Shown here: positions 37,015-45,054 of the stretch, one piece after another
How the letters are laid out: the number at the start of each line of letters is the position of its first letter
Numbering within the stretch: the stretch's first letter is position 1
Virus record (IMG/VR): IMGVR_UViG_3300032233_000380
Span: 1 to 52,483 of that record
DNA: 52,483 bases
From: a virus
Taxonomy: Duplodnaviria; Caudoviricetes
Reading direction: 5' to 3' (one strand)
The notes under the pieces: model-generated
Seen by the model: the letters and a program-made list of their open reading frames with translations, nothing else
Told to the model about the DNA's origin: nothing
Database searches by the model: none
Position numbers and translations under genes: made by a program

Positions 37015-38307
37015 TTACTGCTCAACCGTAACACAACGACCACCTGCGGGCGGAACAAAGCTAGAGTTCTGTGTAACAAACCACATGGTAGGAGTCGTTA
37101 CTTCCCACTTAGGATTATTCTCCACATAGCCATCGGTAAAGATAACCAAGGCTTCAGCATTGATTGAACTCTTAATTATGTATTCGCTGACACAACCAAC
37201 ATGAGTGCCACCACCGCCTTGGGGTTTGAGCATCTTGGCAATGTCCCCATAGTTACCTTCAAAGATTTGCTCACCATGCACTTTGGTATCCCACCACAAG
37301 ACTCGCACCTTGTCGGGGCTACAAGTTTCACAGATGGATGCCAGTTCTGAGGCAAACTCAGAGATTTGCTCATTGTCAATAGAGCCTGATGTGTCGATAG
37401 CAACTACCAACTCACCCATTGTCTCAGAGTGCATAGATGGCAGATACATATCATTAGCGAGATAAGACTTGTTCATCTTGCGCCATGTGTATTCATCCTT
37501 GCCACGCATCGCTGACTGAACAAACTCACGAAAGACCTCTCGCCAATCCACCTTTGGTTCAAGCAAATCTCCAATGACACGAGGGATAGATGCGCCCATC
37601 CGCCCTGCTAGCATACCGCCCTGCCGTAATGCTTTATCAACCGCATCCTCCAACTTCTTCAACTCCTCGGCAGTCATGTCTTCAATCTCCTTGAACACAT
37701 GGTCATCCATACCCTTGTCCATATTGCGTAGCGCCTCGTCAATGTCAGTCTCGTTTTGGCTTTCATCGTTCGTTGAACTGTTGTTTTGCTGAGGGCATGG
37801 CTGAGGCTGATTACCGTCTTGGTCTGCCTTGTCAAGTTCCTCCTTGCGTTTCTTCAAATACTCGTAGACCTTACGGACTGACCAATTATGAAACATTGGG
37901 TGATACAACCAATTAGGGTTAAGCGTAACCAATGGTTCTTTGTTGTGTCCTACTGTGCCAACAGTATTCTTGATGACATCATTGACAACGAAGTCCATCG
38001 CATAATTAAGCATCTTATGGTCATGGCTTAGGTCTCGGTGTCTTGGTATCTGTTTCAATGCCACATGAAGGTTCTCATGCAACACCACACCTCGCAACTC
38101 CGACTCCAACTTATACTCGGCGATATGTTCCTTGCAATACACCTTGTTCATGCCATCGGTGTAGGCGGTAAACATTCTGCCGTAAGTCTTGGCATCAATG
38201 ACTTCATTTCTACCTGATGCAATAATCTGCGAATACAATGCAGTCATTGGATGTTGCATCAAAGTAATATGCGCTTTCTTCAAGCGTGTTTCTTCTGCGG
38301 TTCTCAT
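37015..38307 (-). CDS. DUF2201-type metallopeptidase plus vWA domain protein
   Basis: TAYTDG, HENLH (HExxH), MIDAS DTSGS, GGGGT, IFTDGY. Confidence 0.85.
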   Translation of the reverse strand: MRTAEETRLKKAHITLMQHPMTALYSQIIASGRNEVIDAKTYGRMFTAYTDGMNKVYCKEHIAEYKLESELRGVVLHENLHVALKQIPRHRDLSHDHKMLNYAMDFVVNDVIKNTVGTVGHNKEPLVTLNPNWLYHPMFHNWSVRKVYEYLKKRKEELDKADQDGNQPQPCPQQNNSSTNDESQNETDIDEALRNMDKGMDDHVFKEIEDMTAEELKKLEDAVDKALRQGGMLAGRMGASIPRVIGDLLEPKVDWREVFREFVQSAMRGKDEYTWRKMNKSYLANDMYLPSMHSETMGELVVAIDTSGSIDNEQISEFASELASICETCSPDKVRVLWWDTKVHGEQIFEGNYGDIAKMLKPQGGGGTHVGCVSEYIIKSSINAEALVIFTDGYVENNPKWEVTTPTMWFVTQNSSFVPPAGGRCVTVEQ

Positions 38308-38335
38308 ACCATTTCTCCCTGTGTTGAACTACTAA

Positions 38336-39415
38336 TTAATCACCAAACAACTCATGGTTAGCTACTGCCCATGTCTTGATTTCCTCGTTGTTACGAGCAA
38401 TCTTAGCTGTGCGTTTAGCCCTCATAATCATCGTAAAGAATATTGCCTGACACTCATCGCTAGCGACTCTCTTCACGAACTTCATGAACTTGGATAGCTC
38501 ATCCTGTGTCTCTAACAAGTCTATCGCCTGAAACATAATCATAAGAAGGGCTGACATATCTTTTGGAACTTCTATGTCGTCTGGCTTCTTCAAGATGTCC
38601 TTGAAGTCAGGTAATTGTTCCTCTAGCGATAAAAACGCTGACATCTGTTTGGCGGCGGATACACCGATTGTCCCTGCAAGAGCAACCATCGTGGCATTCT
38701 CACCGAGGATGTTTTTGTTTTCAACGATGACTGAACTCTTAGCTAACGACCGAGGCGATACGAACTGATTCCCTGCTCTCTTTGGATTAAAGATTACAGT
38801 ATTCTCGTCTTGGTCTCCACTCCGATAAGATGCCAACCAATTAGGGTGCATGGCTACGCAAGAACGAATCGAACGATGGATTCCATTCTCCGATGCCCAC
38901 AACAACCACTCTTTCGGGCTAGGTTTAGCCATCTCAATCTTACACACACGATTCCCTGCGTGGGCAAGCATAGAGTCACCGACACCATCTGTTGCATTAT
39001 TAGATGTTGCAAAGATGATTGACCCCTTGGGTAACGGCACATCACCAACCATTCTTTCTAGCATCATGCGAGTAAAGATAATCTGTAATAGCTTTGGCGC
39101 TTTCATCAACTCGTCAAGGCAGATGACTTTCTTCTTGCCGTTGCCTAGCTTGAACAGACCTGCGACATAGTATTCCAAGGTCTTGGTCTCATGGTTAGGA
39201 ATAACCATACCAATGTCAGACATATCTTTGACAGGACAGTCCACATATATGTAGTCATACTCGGTTGTCCCCAAATCTTCTTCTAGCATATTCAAGAGGC
39301 TAGTCTTACCTACCCCTGGCTCGCTAATGATGACTGGGGTAAGACTCTTACCAATGATAGGAATCGCTTTACGCAATTCGCTGATGGACATAGTTTCTAC
39401 TAGATTAAGTTTCAT
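38336..39415 (-). CDS. MoxR-like AAA+ ATPase
   Basis: Walker A SEPGVGKT, Walker B ICLDE, ATSN sensor I, SPRS sensor II; adjacent to vWA gene. Confidence 0.85.
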   Translation of the reverse strand: MKLNLVETMSISELRKAIPIIGKSLTPVIISEPGVGKTSLLNMLEEDLGTTEYDYIYVDCPVKDMSDIGMVIPNHETKTLEYYVAGLFKLGNGKKKVICLDELMKAPKLLQIIFTRMMLERMVGDVPLPKGSIIFATSNNATDGVGDSMLAHAGNRVCKIEMAKPSPKEWLLWASENGIHRSIRSCVAMHPNWLASYRSGDQDENTVIFNPKRAGNQFVSPRSLAKSSVIVENKNILGENATMVALAGTIGVSAAKQMSAFLSLEEQLPDFKDILKKPDDIEVPKDMSALLMIMFQAIDLLETQDELSKFMKFVKRVASDECQAIFFTMIMRAKRTAKIARNNEEIKTWAVANHELFGD

Positions 39416-39435
39416 TTGATTCTCCCTGTTTAGGT

Positions 39436-40359
39436 TTAGATTGATTGAAATGCACCGAACTTCATTAGAATGTCATCGACACCCTTCTTCACGCTTTCAC
39501 GCACCGCATCGCTTTCTCGAATGTCCTCTGCTGATACACCGCCTAAGACTTTCTCCAACGATACAGACGCTTTAGCTAACTCTTCATCATTCGTGAGATT
39601 GAACGACCTAAAGGTCTCGCACAAGTCCTTAGCCTTATCGACTGTGGTCTCGTATATCTTACGCTTTTTGGTCTTGACTTCTCCATCTGTTGAACTGCTA
39701 ATTTCGTCAACACCGCAACAATGACTAATTGACTCCATGACCTCCATGAACTGATTAGCAATATCAGACATGACCTGTGGAACAATCTCATCATTGACCT
39801 GTTTTTGGTATGTAATTTTTAAGTCTTCAGCCAAGTCCTGCGCTATGGAACAGCGAAAGTCCGACTGTGGAACTTCTGCCACATACAACCTGATACGGAA
39901 CTTGTCCTTGATTTGGTCAACCGATGGATACTCCGAACGGTCAAACATATCCCCTTGCTTGAATGCCATGTTAGAAACAATTTGGGGATATTTAGCCAAG
40001 AACGCATCACGCAACGCAAAGTAAGCCTTCTCATGGTGTTGAAACTCTGTTTTGAACTTTGGCAAATTCACGACAGGCAACAACCGCAATGACCCATTCC
40101 AATCGTAAGTTGACCTACGAAGCCAGTTATAAACGGTCTGTCTATAATTGAGCAGTTGCTTATGGGTGGGGTCGTCAGCTAAGAGATTCTTTACATACCG
40201 CCCTGCTGAATGGTCTGCTTTCTTAGCCGTTGTTACCTCGTTAGAGATAACTCTATCTTGCTTAGTCGCTGACCAAACGCTTACTTCTGCATTGACCAAG
40301 ACTGCCGATGTCGCAAGACTGATGACATGGTTCGGACTGTCTAACTGAATAACACTCAT
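39436..40359 (-). CDS. DUF3150-like protein
   Basis: GAGG RBS; VSVWSATKQD...KNLL...EYPS..QIKDKF...FNLTND pattern of proteins found next to phage MoxR/vWA pairs. Confidence 0.55.
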   Translation of the reverse strand: MSVIQLDSPNHVISLATSAVLVNAEVSVWSATKQDRVISNEVTTAKKADHSAGRYVKNLLADDPTHKQLLNYRQTVYNWLRRSTYDWNGSLRLLPVVNLPKFKTEFQHHEKAYFALRDAFLAKYPQIVSNMAFKQGDMFDRSEYPSVDQIKDKFRIRLYVAEVPQSDFRCSIAQDLAEDLKITYQKQVNDEIVPQVMSDIANQFMEVMESISHCCGVDEISSSTDGEVKTKKRKIYETTVDKAKDLCETFRSFNLTNDEELAKASVSLEKVLGGVSAEDIRESDAVRESVKKGVDDILMKFGAFQSI

Positions 40360-40466
40360 ATTTCACCTCACTAAAGATTAACTTCAATAACTGTTGAACT
40401 GTTATATAACGGTTCGGCTTAACTGCTTACTGATACGACTTAAACATCTTCACTCCCAACAAACAT

Positions 40467-40489
40467 ATTATACCACATACTTTACATAT
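40467..40489 (-). promoter_or_regulatory. Extended -10 promoter (ATATGTAAAGTATGTGGTATAAT), copy 1
   Basis: TGTGGTATAAT; 23 bp identical to 42574-42596; upstream of the DUF3150/MoxR/vWA operon. Confidence 0.75.
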
Positions 40490-40511
40490 GATAATACTTT
40501 ATACATCTTTT

Positions 40512-40976
40512 TTATACATCCCAGTCGAAATGAACTTCACGATGGACTCGTAACCAATCCCAGTCGTATTCACCAAAAAACTCTTCAGTGATGTCATCGG
40601 AGTTCTCGCCCACACGCACAAAGATACCTCCTATATGCTTGTTACCTGCAACCTCACCATTTTTCTCGTCTGTGTTCTCAGCCCAATCTTGGGCTAACTG
40701 CAACAAAGCCATATGGCACTTCACATCCTCGAAGTCCTCGTACCACTTCACATCACTAGCGAAGAAGTTCAGCGCACGGTTCTTCTCATCTATAGTCATA
40801 GCCTCGTCGGATATTGCTGATGGGAACTTAACCTTTGCTTCAGCTAAGAATGTATAGAATGACTTCTTAGCCGACTGTATTTCTTGGTCGCTAGGGAACT
40901 CGCCCCCTTCTGCTTCTTGTGGGCTAGGTAACGCAGTAAACCTTATGGTGTAAGCAACTGTTGAACGATAGCCCAT
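40512..40976 (-). CDS. Hypothetical protein (MGYRSTV...)
   Basis: GAGG RBS before ATG 40976; DVKWYEDF, FVRVGENSDD motifs. Confidence 0.7.
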   Translation of the reverse strand: MGYRSTVAYTIRFTALPSPQEAEGGEFPSDQEIQSAKKSFYTFLAEAKVKFPSAISDEAMTIDEKNRALNFFASDVKWYEDFEDVKCHMALLQLAQDWAENTDEKNGEVAGNKHIGGIFVRVGENSDDITEEFFGEYDWDWLRVHREVHFDWDV

Positions 40977-40977
40977 G

Positions 40978-41274
40978 TTACCCCTCTTGCTCATCTGTTT
41001 TGTTGGGACTGTCTTTTCTCGAAATGCCCTGCTGATTTCTACTTTGAATCGTTCTTTCCGCATTGCGTCTGGCATTGTGGATAACTTCCTCCGTTTCATA
41101 CCTAGCCTCCTCCCACATTACTTGTTCCTGCACTTCACATAGTTCGTTGAACTTATCAGCCATGCCCTGCTTATCGCCACGCTTGTGGGCATCCACCGCC
41201 TCTTTGAGAATCTGTAGTTCTTTTGCCAAAGAAGTCTTATAAAACTCGGTTATGTCTAGGTCTTTCTTGCTCAT
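40978..41274 (-). CDS. Hypothetical protein (98 aa)
   Basis: GGAGG RBS. Confidence 0.6.
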   Translation of the reverse strand: MSKKDLDITEFYKTSLAKELQILKEAVDAHKRGDKQGMADKFNELCEVQEQVMWEEARYETEEVIHNARRNAERTIQSRNQQGISRKDSPNKTDEQEG

Positions 41275-41351
41275 ACCAAACCTCCAATTATGTTAATCAT
41301 GAAAACCATCAGTAAAACAAATAAAACTACAGCCCATGCTTTATCTTCCAT
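41271..41351 (-). CDS. Small membrane peptide (26 aa, not in ORF track)
   Basis: MEDKAWAVVFIVLLMVFMINIIGGLV; AGGAG RBS; ATGA coupling to next gene. Confidence 0.5.
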   Translation of the reverse strand: MEDKAWAVVLFVLLMVFMINIIGGLV

Positions 41352-41457
41352 GAGCTGTTCTCCTAGTAAACCAAGGGATAGTTTTGCGCATTGGCTTATA
41401 CCCCCCTCGGTTCTTCCTACAATACTTGTGGTCTATTCGTGGGTCAATCCATTTCAT
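41341..41457 (-). CDS. Small basic peptide (38 aa, not in ORF track)
   Basis: MKWIDPRIDHKYCRKNRGGYKPMRKTIPWFTRRTAHGR; GGAGG upstream; fills the gap between genes. Confidence 0.4.
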   Translation of the reverse strand: MKWIDPRIDHKYCRKNRGGYKPMRKTIPWFTRRTAHGR

Positions 41458-41460
41458 TTT

Positions 41461-41658
41461 TTATGCCCTCCATGATGCGTCATCAATTATTTGGGCTTCA
41501 TCCTCATCATCTTTTGGTTCACTCCCTGTTGAATACAAACCCCATACATAGTCAAAGAGAATATTAGTTAGCTTTTCGCTATCCTTATATTTCCACCCGT
41601 CATTCGTTATATATAAAAGCAAGGTGTCCAATGCTTTTAGTTCTTCCTTGGTCATCAT
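41461..41658 (-). CDS. Hypothetical protein (65 aa)
   Basis: GGAGG RBS; ATGA coupling. Confidence 0.55.
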   Translation of the reverse strand: MMTKEELKALDTLLLYITNDGWKYKDSEKLTNILFDYVWGLYSTGSEPKDDEDEAQIIDDASWRA

Positions 41659-41873
41659 TTAACTAACCCTCCCTTGTTATTTAATCCTTTCAGGTCAGCC
41701 CTGTCAGTAATCAACATATAGTTTGACTTGTGCATTGGCGCAACGGTTCGCACGACCTTACTCGCTAGGTCATCACCGCATGGCATACAGACTGCATAGC
41801 CAATACGAAACCGAGCCTCGTCATAGGTATCACCACATAGCTTGCACTGTGGGCTAAAAGTCTCATCAATCAT
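41655..41873 (-). CDS. DksA/TraR-type C4 zinc-finger protein
   Basis: AAGGAG RBS before ATG 41873; CKLCGDTYDEARFRIGYAVCMPC. Confidence 0.65.
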   Translation of the reverse strand: MIDETFSPQCKLCGDTYDEARFRIGYAVCMPCGDDLASKVVRTVAPMHKSNYMLITDRADLKGLNNKGGLVK

Positions 41874-42066
41874 GGTTGAACTCCTTATTAGCTTTAACGA
41901 TTTCGCCCGATGCCTCAAACTCTTTCCATGCTTGGCAAGTCGGGCATTGACGGTCATAGTCGGGACACTTCTCACCCCAATACTGAATCATGCCTTCCTC
42001 TGCATCGTCTGCTTCACAGGCTTTCGCCCACTCGTGGTCAAGCCACGCATCTAGCTTAATAGTCAT
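41866..42066 (-). CDS. Small Cys-containing hypothetical protein
   Basis: CAAACAGGGAGGT RBS; CPDY..QCPTC. Confidence 0.65.
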   Translation of the reverse strand: MTIKLDAWLDHEWAKACEADDAEEGMIQYWGEKCPDYDRQCPTCQAWKEFEASGEIVKANKEFNHD

Positions 42067-42260
42067 GACTCACCTCCCTGTTTGCCAAACGACTTCTCGT
42101 ATGCGTCAAGCCACGCATTGAAGTCTTTTTCGTGTTGCGCCCATTCCTCAGCCCTCAGGTTGTCCTGCGCCAAGTCTAGTTCTAACTGCCGTTGATGGAT
42201 TTCCATTTTGGTTAGTTTTTCTTCCCAATACTCGTTGAAGAGTTGTTTAACTCTGCCCAT
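42063..42260 (-). CDS. Hypothetical protein (65 aa)
   Basis: GGAGG RBS; MGRVKQL start. Confidence 0.6.
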   Translation of the reverse strand: MGRVKQLFNEYWEEKLTKMEIHQRQLELDLAQDNLRAEEWAQHEKDFNAWLDAYEKSFGKQGGES

Positions 42261-42262
42261 GA

Positions 42263-42469
42263 TTAAGCCTCCTCTGTCATTGTTGGAATGAATTCGTAGC
42301 CGACCACGAGTAGGGCAAGCAACACATTGACTGTCAGTAACCGCCCACGCTTGAATAGAATCTCCTGTGTGTTTGGGTCACATAAGTCTTGCGCCAAATA
42401 CAGACCCTCGTTAAGGACTGGGTTAAATATCTGAACTTCTACTTCTTCTTGGATTTTTTTAGTATCCAT
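42263..42469 (-). CDS. Hypothetical protein
   Basis: AGGAGG RBS before ATG 42469 (MDTKKIQ...). Confidence 0.6.
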   Translation of the reverse strand: MDTKKIQEEVEVQIFNPVLNEGLYLAQDLCDPNTQEILFKRGRLLTVNVLLALLVVGYEFIPTMTEEA

Positions 42470-42573
42470 AACACCTCCTGTTAAGATTAATTTCAATAGT
42501 CGTTGAACTCTTATTTAAGGAATTGTTCCGACCTCGTAGATTAGCCACTAATTTGTGCGCCTCTCCAGTAATC

Positions 42574-42596
42574 ATTATACCACATACTTTACATAT
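42574..42596 (-). promoter_or_regulatory. Extended -10 promoter (ATATGTAAAGTATGTGGTATAAT), copy 2
   Basis: Identical 23 bp to 40467-40489; upstream of the small-gene cluster. Confidence 0.75.
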
Positions 42597-42659
42597 AATA
42601 GGCTTCTATCTGACTTTTTTAGGAGGGTCTTCTTGCTGATATTAGGCTTTTACCTTGTT

Positions 42660-43060
42660 TTTTGCGGTGTAAGTTATTGATATTCCTCGTGTTCTGATGT
42701 TCTGAGCCTCGTAACTTTACTAATGGAACTGGAACAAGGTTTTTGCGTGGTGATGGGGATTCTGTAAGTCCTTGTTTTATATATATAATATATAATATAT
42801 AATAATAATAATAGGGGGCGAAAAGAGAGTTGTTCCAATGTTCTGACTGTTCTGAGGGGATAGGGGGAAAAGTGATTTTTTGTTTTGCACTCGCAAAATG
42901 CTTCGAACGACCTGACCAATTTTATTTTCACTTTCCCAAACCACATTTCTTGGTCAGAACACTGGAACACTGGAACAAAACACTGTAACTCCTTGATTCT
43001 ACATGGCTTTTCTTGTTCCAGACTTTGTTCCAGCCATGACTTGTTCCAGAACTTGCTCGG
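42660..43060. other. Putative replication origin: AT-only tract, about 12 TGTTC(C/T) iteron-like repeats in both orientations, IHF-like sites
   Basis: A/T-only tract about 42775-42813; repeats at 42690, 42698, 42731, 42831, 42839, 42848, 42956, 42964, 42972, 43014, 43026, 43042; YAA-N4-TTGATW matches at 42670-42682 and 42986-42998. Confidence 0.55.
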
Positions 43061-43186
43061 CAATACATTGTCTACATGATGAGCCACTTCAACACCTGTT
43101 GAACTCTTAAATAAGGAAACGGGCCAACATGGCGCTGTGCGTTGCGTCAGCAAAGAATTCTAAAACTGATGCAAACCCTTGTTCAC

Positions 43187-43258
43187 GCGCGCGAGGACAG
43201 ATAACTGGTTTCATTTTTAGGACAAAAAAAGGGGAGAGAGCCGAAGCCCTCCCCCCTC
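43187..43258 (-). terminator. Terminator (cUUCGg hairpin plus T7) followed by conserved 27-bp box, copy 1
   Basis: GGGGGAGGGC-TTCG-GCTCTCTCCCC-TTTTTTT then TGAAACCAGTTATCTGTCCTCGCGCGC. Confidence 0.75.
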
Positions 43259-43272
43259 AAAAACAATCTAGA

Positions 43273-43959
43273 TTACTTCTTGAATACAGCGTTGAAAGCT
43301 GATATTGCCTTATCTAACTTAGCGACATCAGCGAATTCATCGCCTTTAGCTTTCGCATTTTTGCAACGAGTTTTCATGGTATCGAAAACGCCCTTATCGT
43401 TATAGAGCCATTCCATGAAAGCCAAGTTACCTTTGCGCTGAGTAACTTCACCCTTGCGCTCTTTCAGTATTTTGTTACCCTCCGCTTGAAGCTTTGCGAA
43501 AGTGGTAGTCTCATACTTGTTGCAACGGGTTCTAATATCCGCAACAATCGCATGCAATACAGGATTGTGAGTCTCTTTCAATTTACCTGCTTGTTGCTGA
43601 GTAAAGCTGAAAGCATAATCAACGCCAATATTAACTATCTCGGCATTTTTAGGTAACTCAATACCTTGTAATTGCATGTCGCTAACCTTGAGATACTTAC
43701 CCTCAATAATGCAATACTGAGTGGGTTTATTTAGCTCTGAGTGTTTGCGCTTGTAACCTTGACGAATCGCCAAAGTATCTTCGTCGCTAACATTATCAGG
43801 AAAACCCTTAACCCCTCCATCAAGCGCCCATGTCGCTAATTGCTTGACAGTATGCAACGCACCACCATGCCTATAACCTAAATCAGGCAAGCTAGTAGGT
43901 TGATTAGAGTTAATAACAGCGCCTTGCTCAAGGGCATTTACAAGCTTGGTTTTTGTCAT
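43273..43959 (-). CDS. Early hypothetical protein (228 aa)
   Basis: GGGAGG RBS before ATG 43959; has its own promoter and terminator. Confidence 0.75.
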   Translation of the reverse strand: MTKTKLVNALEQGAVINSNQPTSLPDLGYRHGGALHTVKQLATWALDGGVKGFPDNVSDEDTLAIRQGYKRKHSELNKPTQYCIIEGKYLKVSDMQLQGIELPKNAEIVNIGVDYAFSFTQQQAGKLKETHNPVLHAIVADIRTRCNKYETTTFAKLQAEGNKILKERKGEVTQRKGNLAFMEWLYNDKGVFDTMKTRCKNAKAKGDEFADVAKLDKAISAFNAVFKK

Positions 43960-44022
43960 AAGTGACAAACCTCCCATTTATGCAATGAATGGCAAATTGA
44001 AATTAATTGGCATCACTCAAGG

Positions 44023-44060
44023 CATGACTAAATTATCTCTTATCCCACGCTATTTGTAAA
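44023..44060 (-). promoter_or_regulatory. Sigma-70 early promoter TTTACA-N17-GATAAT followed by TTAGTCATG
   Basis: -35 at 44055-44060, -10 at 44032-44037; downstream 9-mer shared with two other promoters. Confidence 0.75.
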
Positions 44061-44110
44061 GTTCAACAGGCGTTGAACCGCTATATACGGAAGCGCACGC
44101 TCACGCAGAT

Positions 44111-44165
44111 GCGCTCGAGGACAAATAACTGGTATCAAACCCTCCCGCCGAAGCGAGAGGGCTGA
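44111..44165 (-). repeat. Terminator-like hairpin plus conserved box, copy 2
   Basis: TCAGCCCTCTCGC-TTCG-GCGGGAGGG-TTTGATACCAGTTATTTGTCCTCGAGCGC. Confidence 0.85.
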
Positions 44166-44183
44166 AGGTACTACAGGGAATAC

Positions 44184-44645
44184 TTAATCACAAACGATTT
44201 TGTATTCGTTTACGACCTCGGTCTTACTGCCAATTACTACTTTGCGACAAGTAGGACTGTCGCTTTTGACATAAGCGCTAATCGTTATACTGAAACCATC
44301 GAAGTCAAACCGATAGTCACGATTTAATGACTGCGCCCAATCATTAGACGTTGGCTCTCTAGCCCCATCGAGGTTAGATAAATACCACAATCTGCTCACA
44401 AGCCTATCGTCTTTAAACGAATCAAGCTCTTCCAAAGTGACCCGAATATATGGCTCATGTCCATCGACATCAAAGTACAGCGACATCGATTCGGTTGGCT
44501 CTTTGCAGAGTTGTTTAGCAAGTGTGACCATTTTTTTGCGATGAACCCTAGACTTAGCTAGGTTTTTAGCAAGGGAATTACGAAACTCCACTGCTCGTTT
44601 AGTTGCACGGTCAAACTGCTGTACTGCATAGGATTTATTACTCAT
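44184..44645 (-). CDS. Early hypothetical protein (153 aa)
   Basis: AACAGGGAG RBS before ATG 44645; has its own promoter and terminator. Confidence 0.75.
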   Translation of the reverse strand: MSNKSYAVQQFDRATKRAVEFRNSLAKNLAKSRVHRKKMVTLAKQLCKEPTESMSLYFDVDGHEPYIRVTLEELDSFKDDRLVSRLWYLSNLDGAREPTSNDWAQSLNRDYRFDFDGFSITISAYVKSDSPTCRKVVIGSKTEVVNEYKIVCD

Positions 44646-44678
44646 TTGATTCTCCCTGTTAACGGCAGGAATTACTGC

Positions 44679-44716
44679 CATGACTAAATTATGCATTAAA
44701 TGACAGGATATGTCAA
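44679..44716 (-). promoter_or_regulatory. Sigma-70 early promoter TTGACA-N17-CATAAT followed by TTAGTCATG
   Basis: -35 at 44711-44716, -10 at 44688-44693. Confidence 0.85.
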
Positions 44717-44749
44717 GTATTGGGCGTGGTCGGGTGGTGCGCTCACTAC

Positions 44750-44806
44750 GCGCGCGACAACAAATAACTGGTATCAAACCCTCCCGCCGTTAAGCGAGAG
44801 GGCTGA
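44750..44806 (-). repeat. Terminator-like hairpin plus conserved box, copy 3
   Basis: TCAGCCCTCTCGC-TTAACG-GCGGGAGGG-TTTGATACCAGTTATTTGTTGTCGCGCGC. Confidence 0.85.
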
Positions 44807-44808
44807 GT

Positions 44809-45000
44809 TTAACTATTATGTTGATGAGCCTCTGCTTTGTCTGCCCAACTGTCTGCTACACAATCGTCGATCCAACAGTTAGTAGCATCAAACGCAATGC
44901 CCATGGTTTCGCACTCCTCTGTCATATTCTCTATGATTTTGTCTGCTTTACCGCTGTTAGGTTCTACACCTTCAAACTCAAATATAACTATTACTTTCAT
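44809..45000 (-). CDS. Early hypothetical protein (63 aa)
   Basis: AAACAGGGAG RBS; hairpin GGGGATG/CATCCCC at 45022-45040 upstream. Confidence 0.65.
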   Translation of the reverse strand: MKVIVIFEFEGVEPNSGKADKIIENMTEECETMGIAFDATNCWIDDCVADSWADKAEAHQHNS

Positions 45001-45054
45001 TTAAATCTCCCTGTTTAAGATGGGGATGAAGCGCATCCCCTACGCTACTACCTA

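Noticed and set aside
40396-40415. Palindrome GAACTGTTATATAACGGTTC as a LexA/SOS box
   Set aside because: Spacing is CTG-N8-CGG rather than CTG-N10-CAG, and it does not fit GAAC-N4-GTTC; treated as part of the phage-specific operator-like repeat
41522-41530. Additional AACAGGGAG copy as an RBS
   Set aside because: Lies inside ORF 41461-41658 and precedes only a 7-codon frame; not counted among the 11 RBS copies
42674-43153. 159-aa minus-strand ORF
   Set aside because: Crosses the AT-only tract and iteron repeats, giving low-complexity translation (LLLLLYIIYYIY); no RBS; better explained as a non-coding origin
43187-44806. Three repeats as a CRISPR array or integron attC array
   Set aside because: Spacing is 640-920 bp with whole genes and promoters between; no cas1 or integron integrase seen; boxes lack the attC RYYYAAC/GTTRRRY ends
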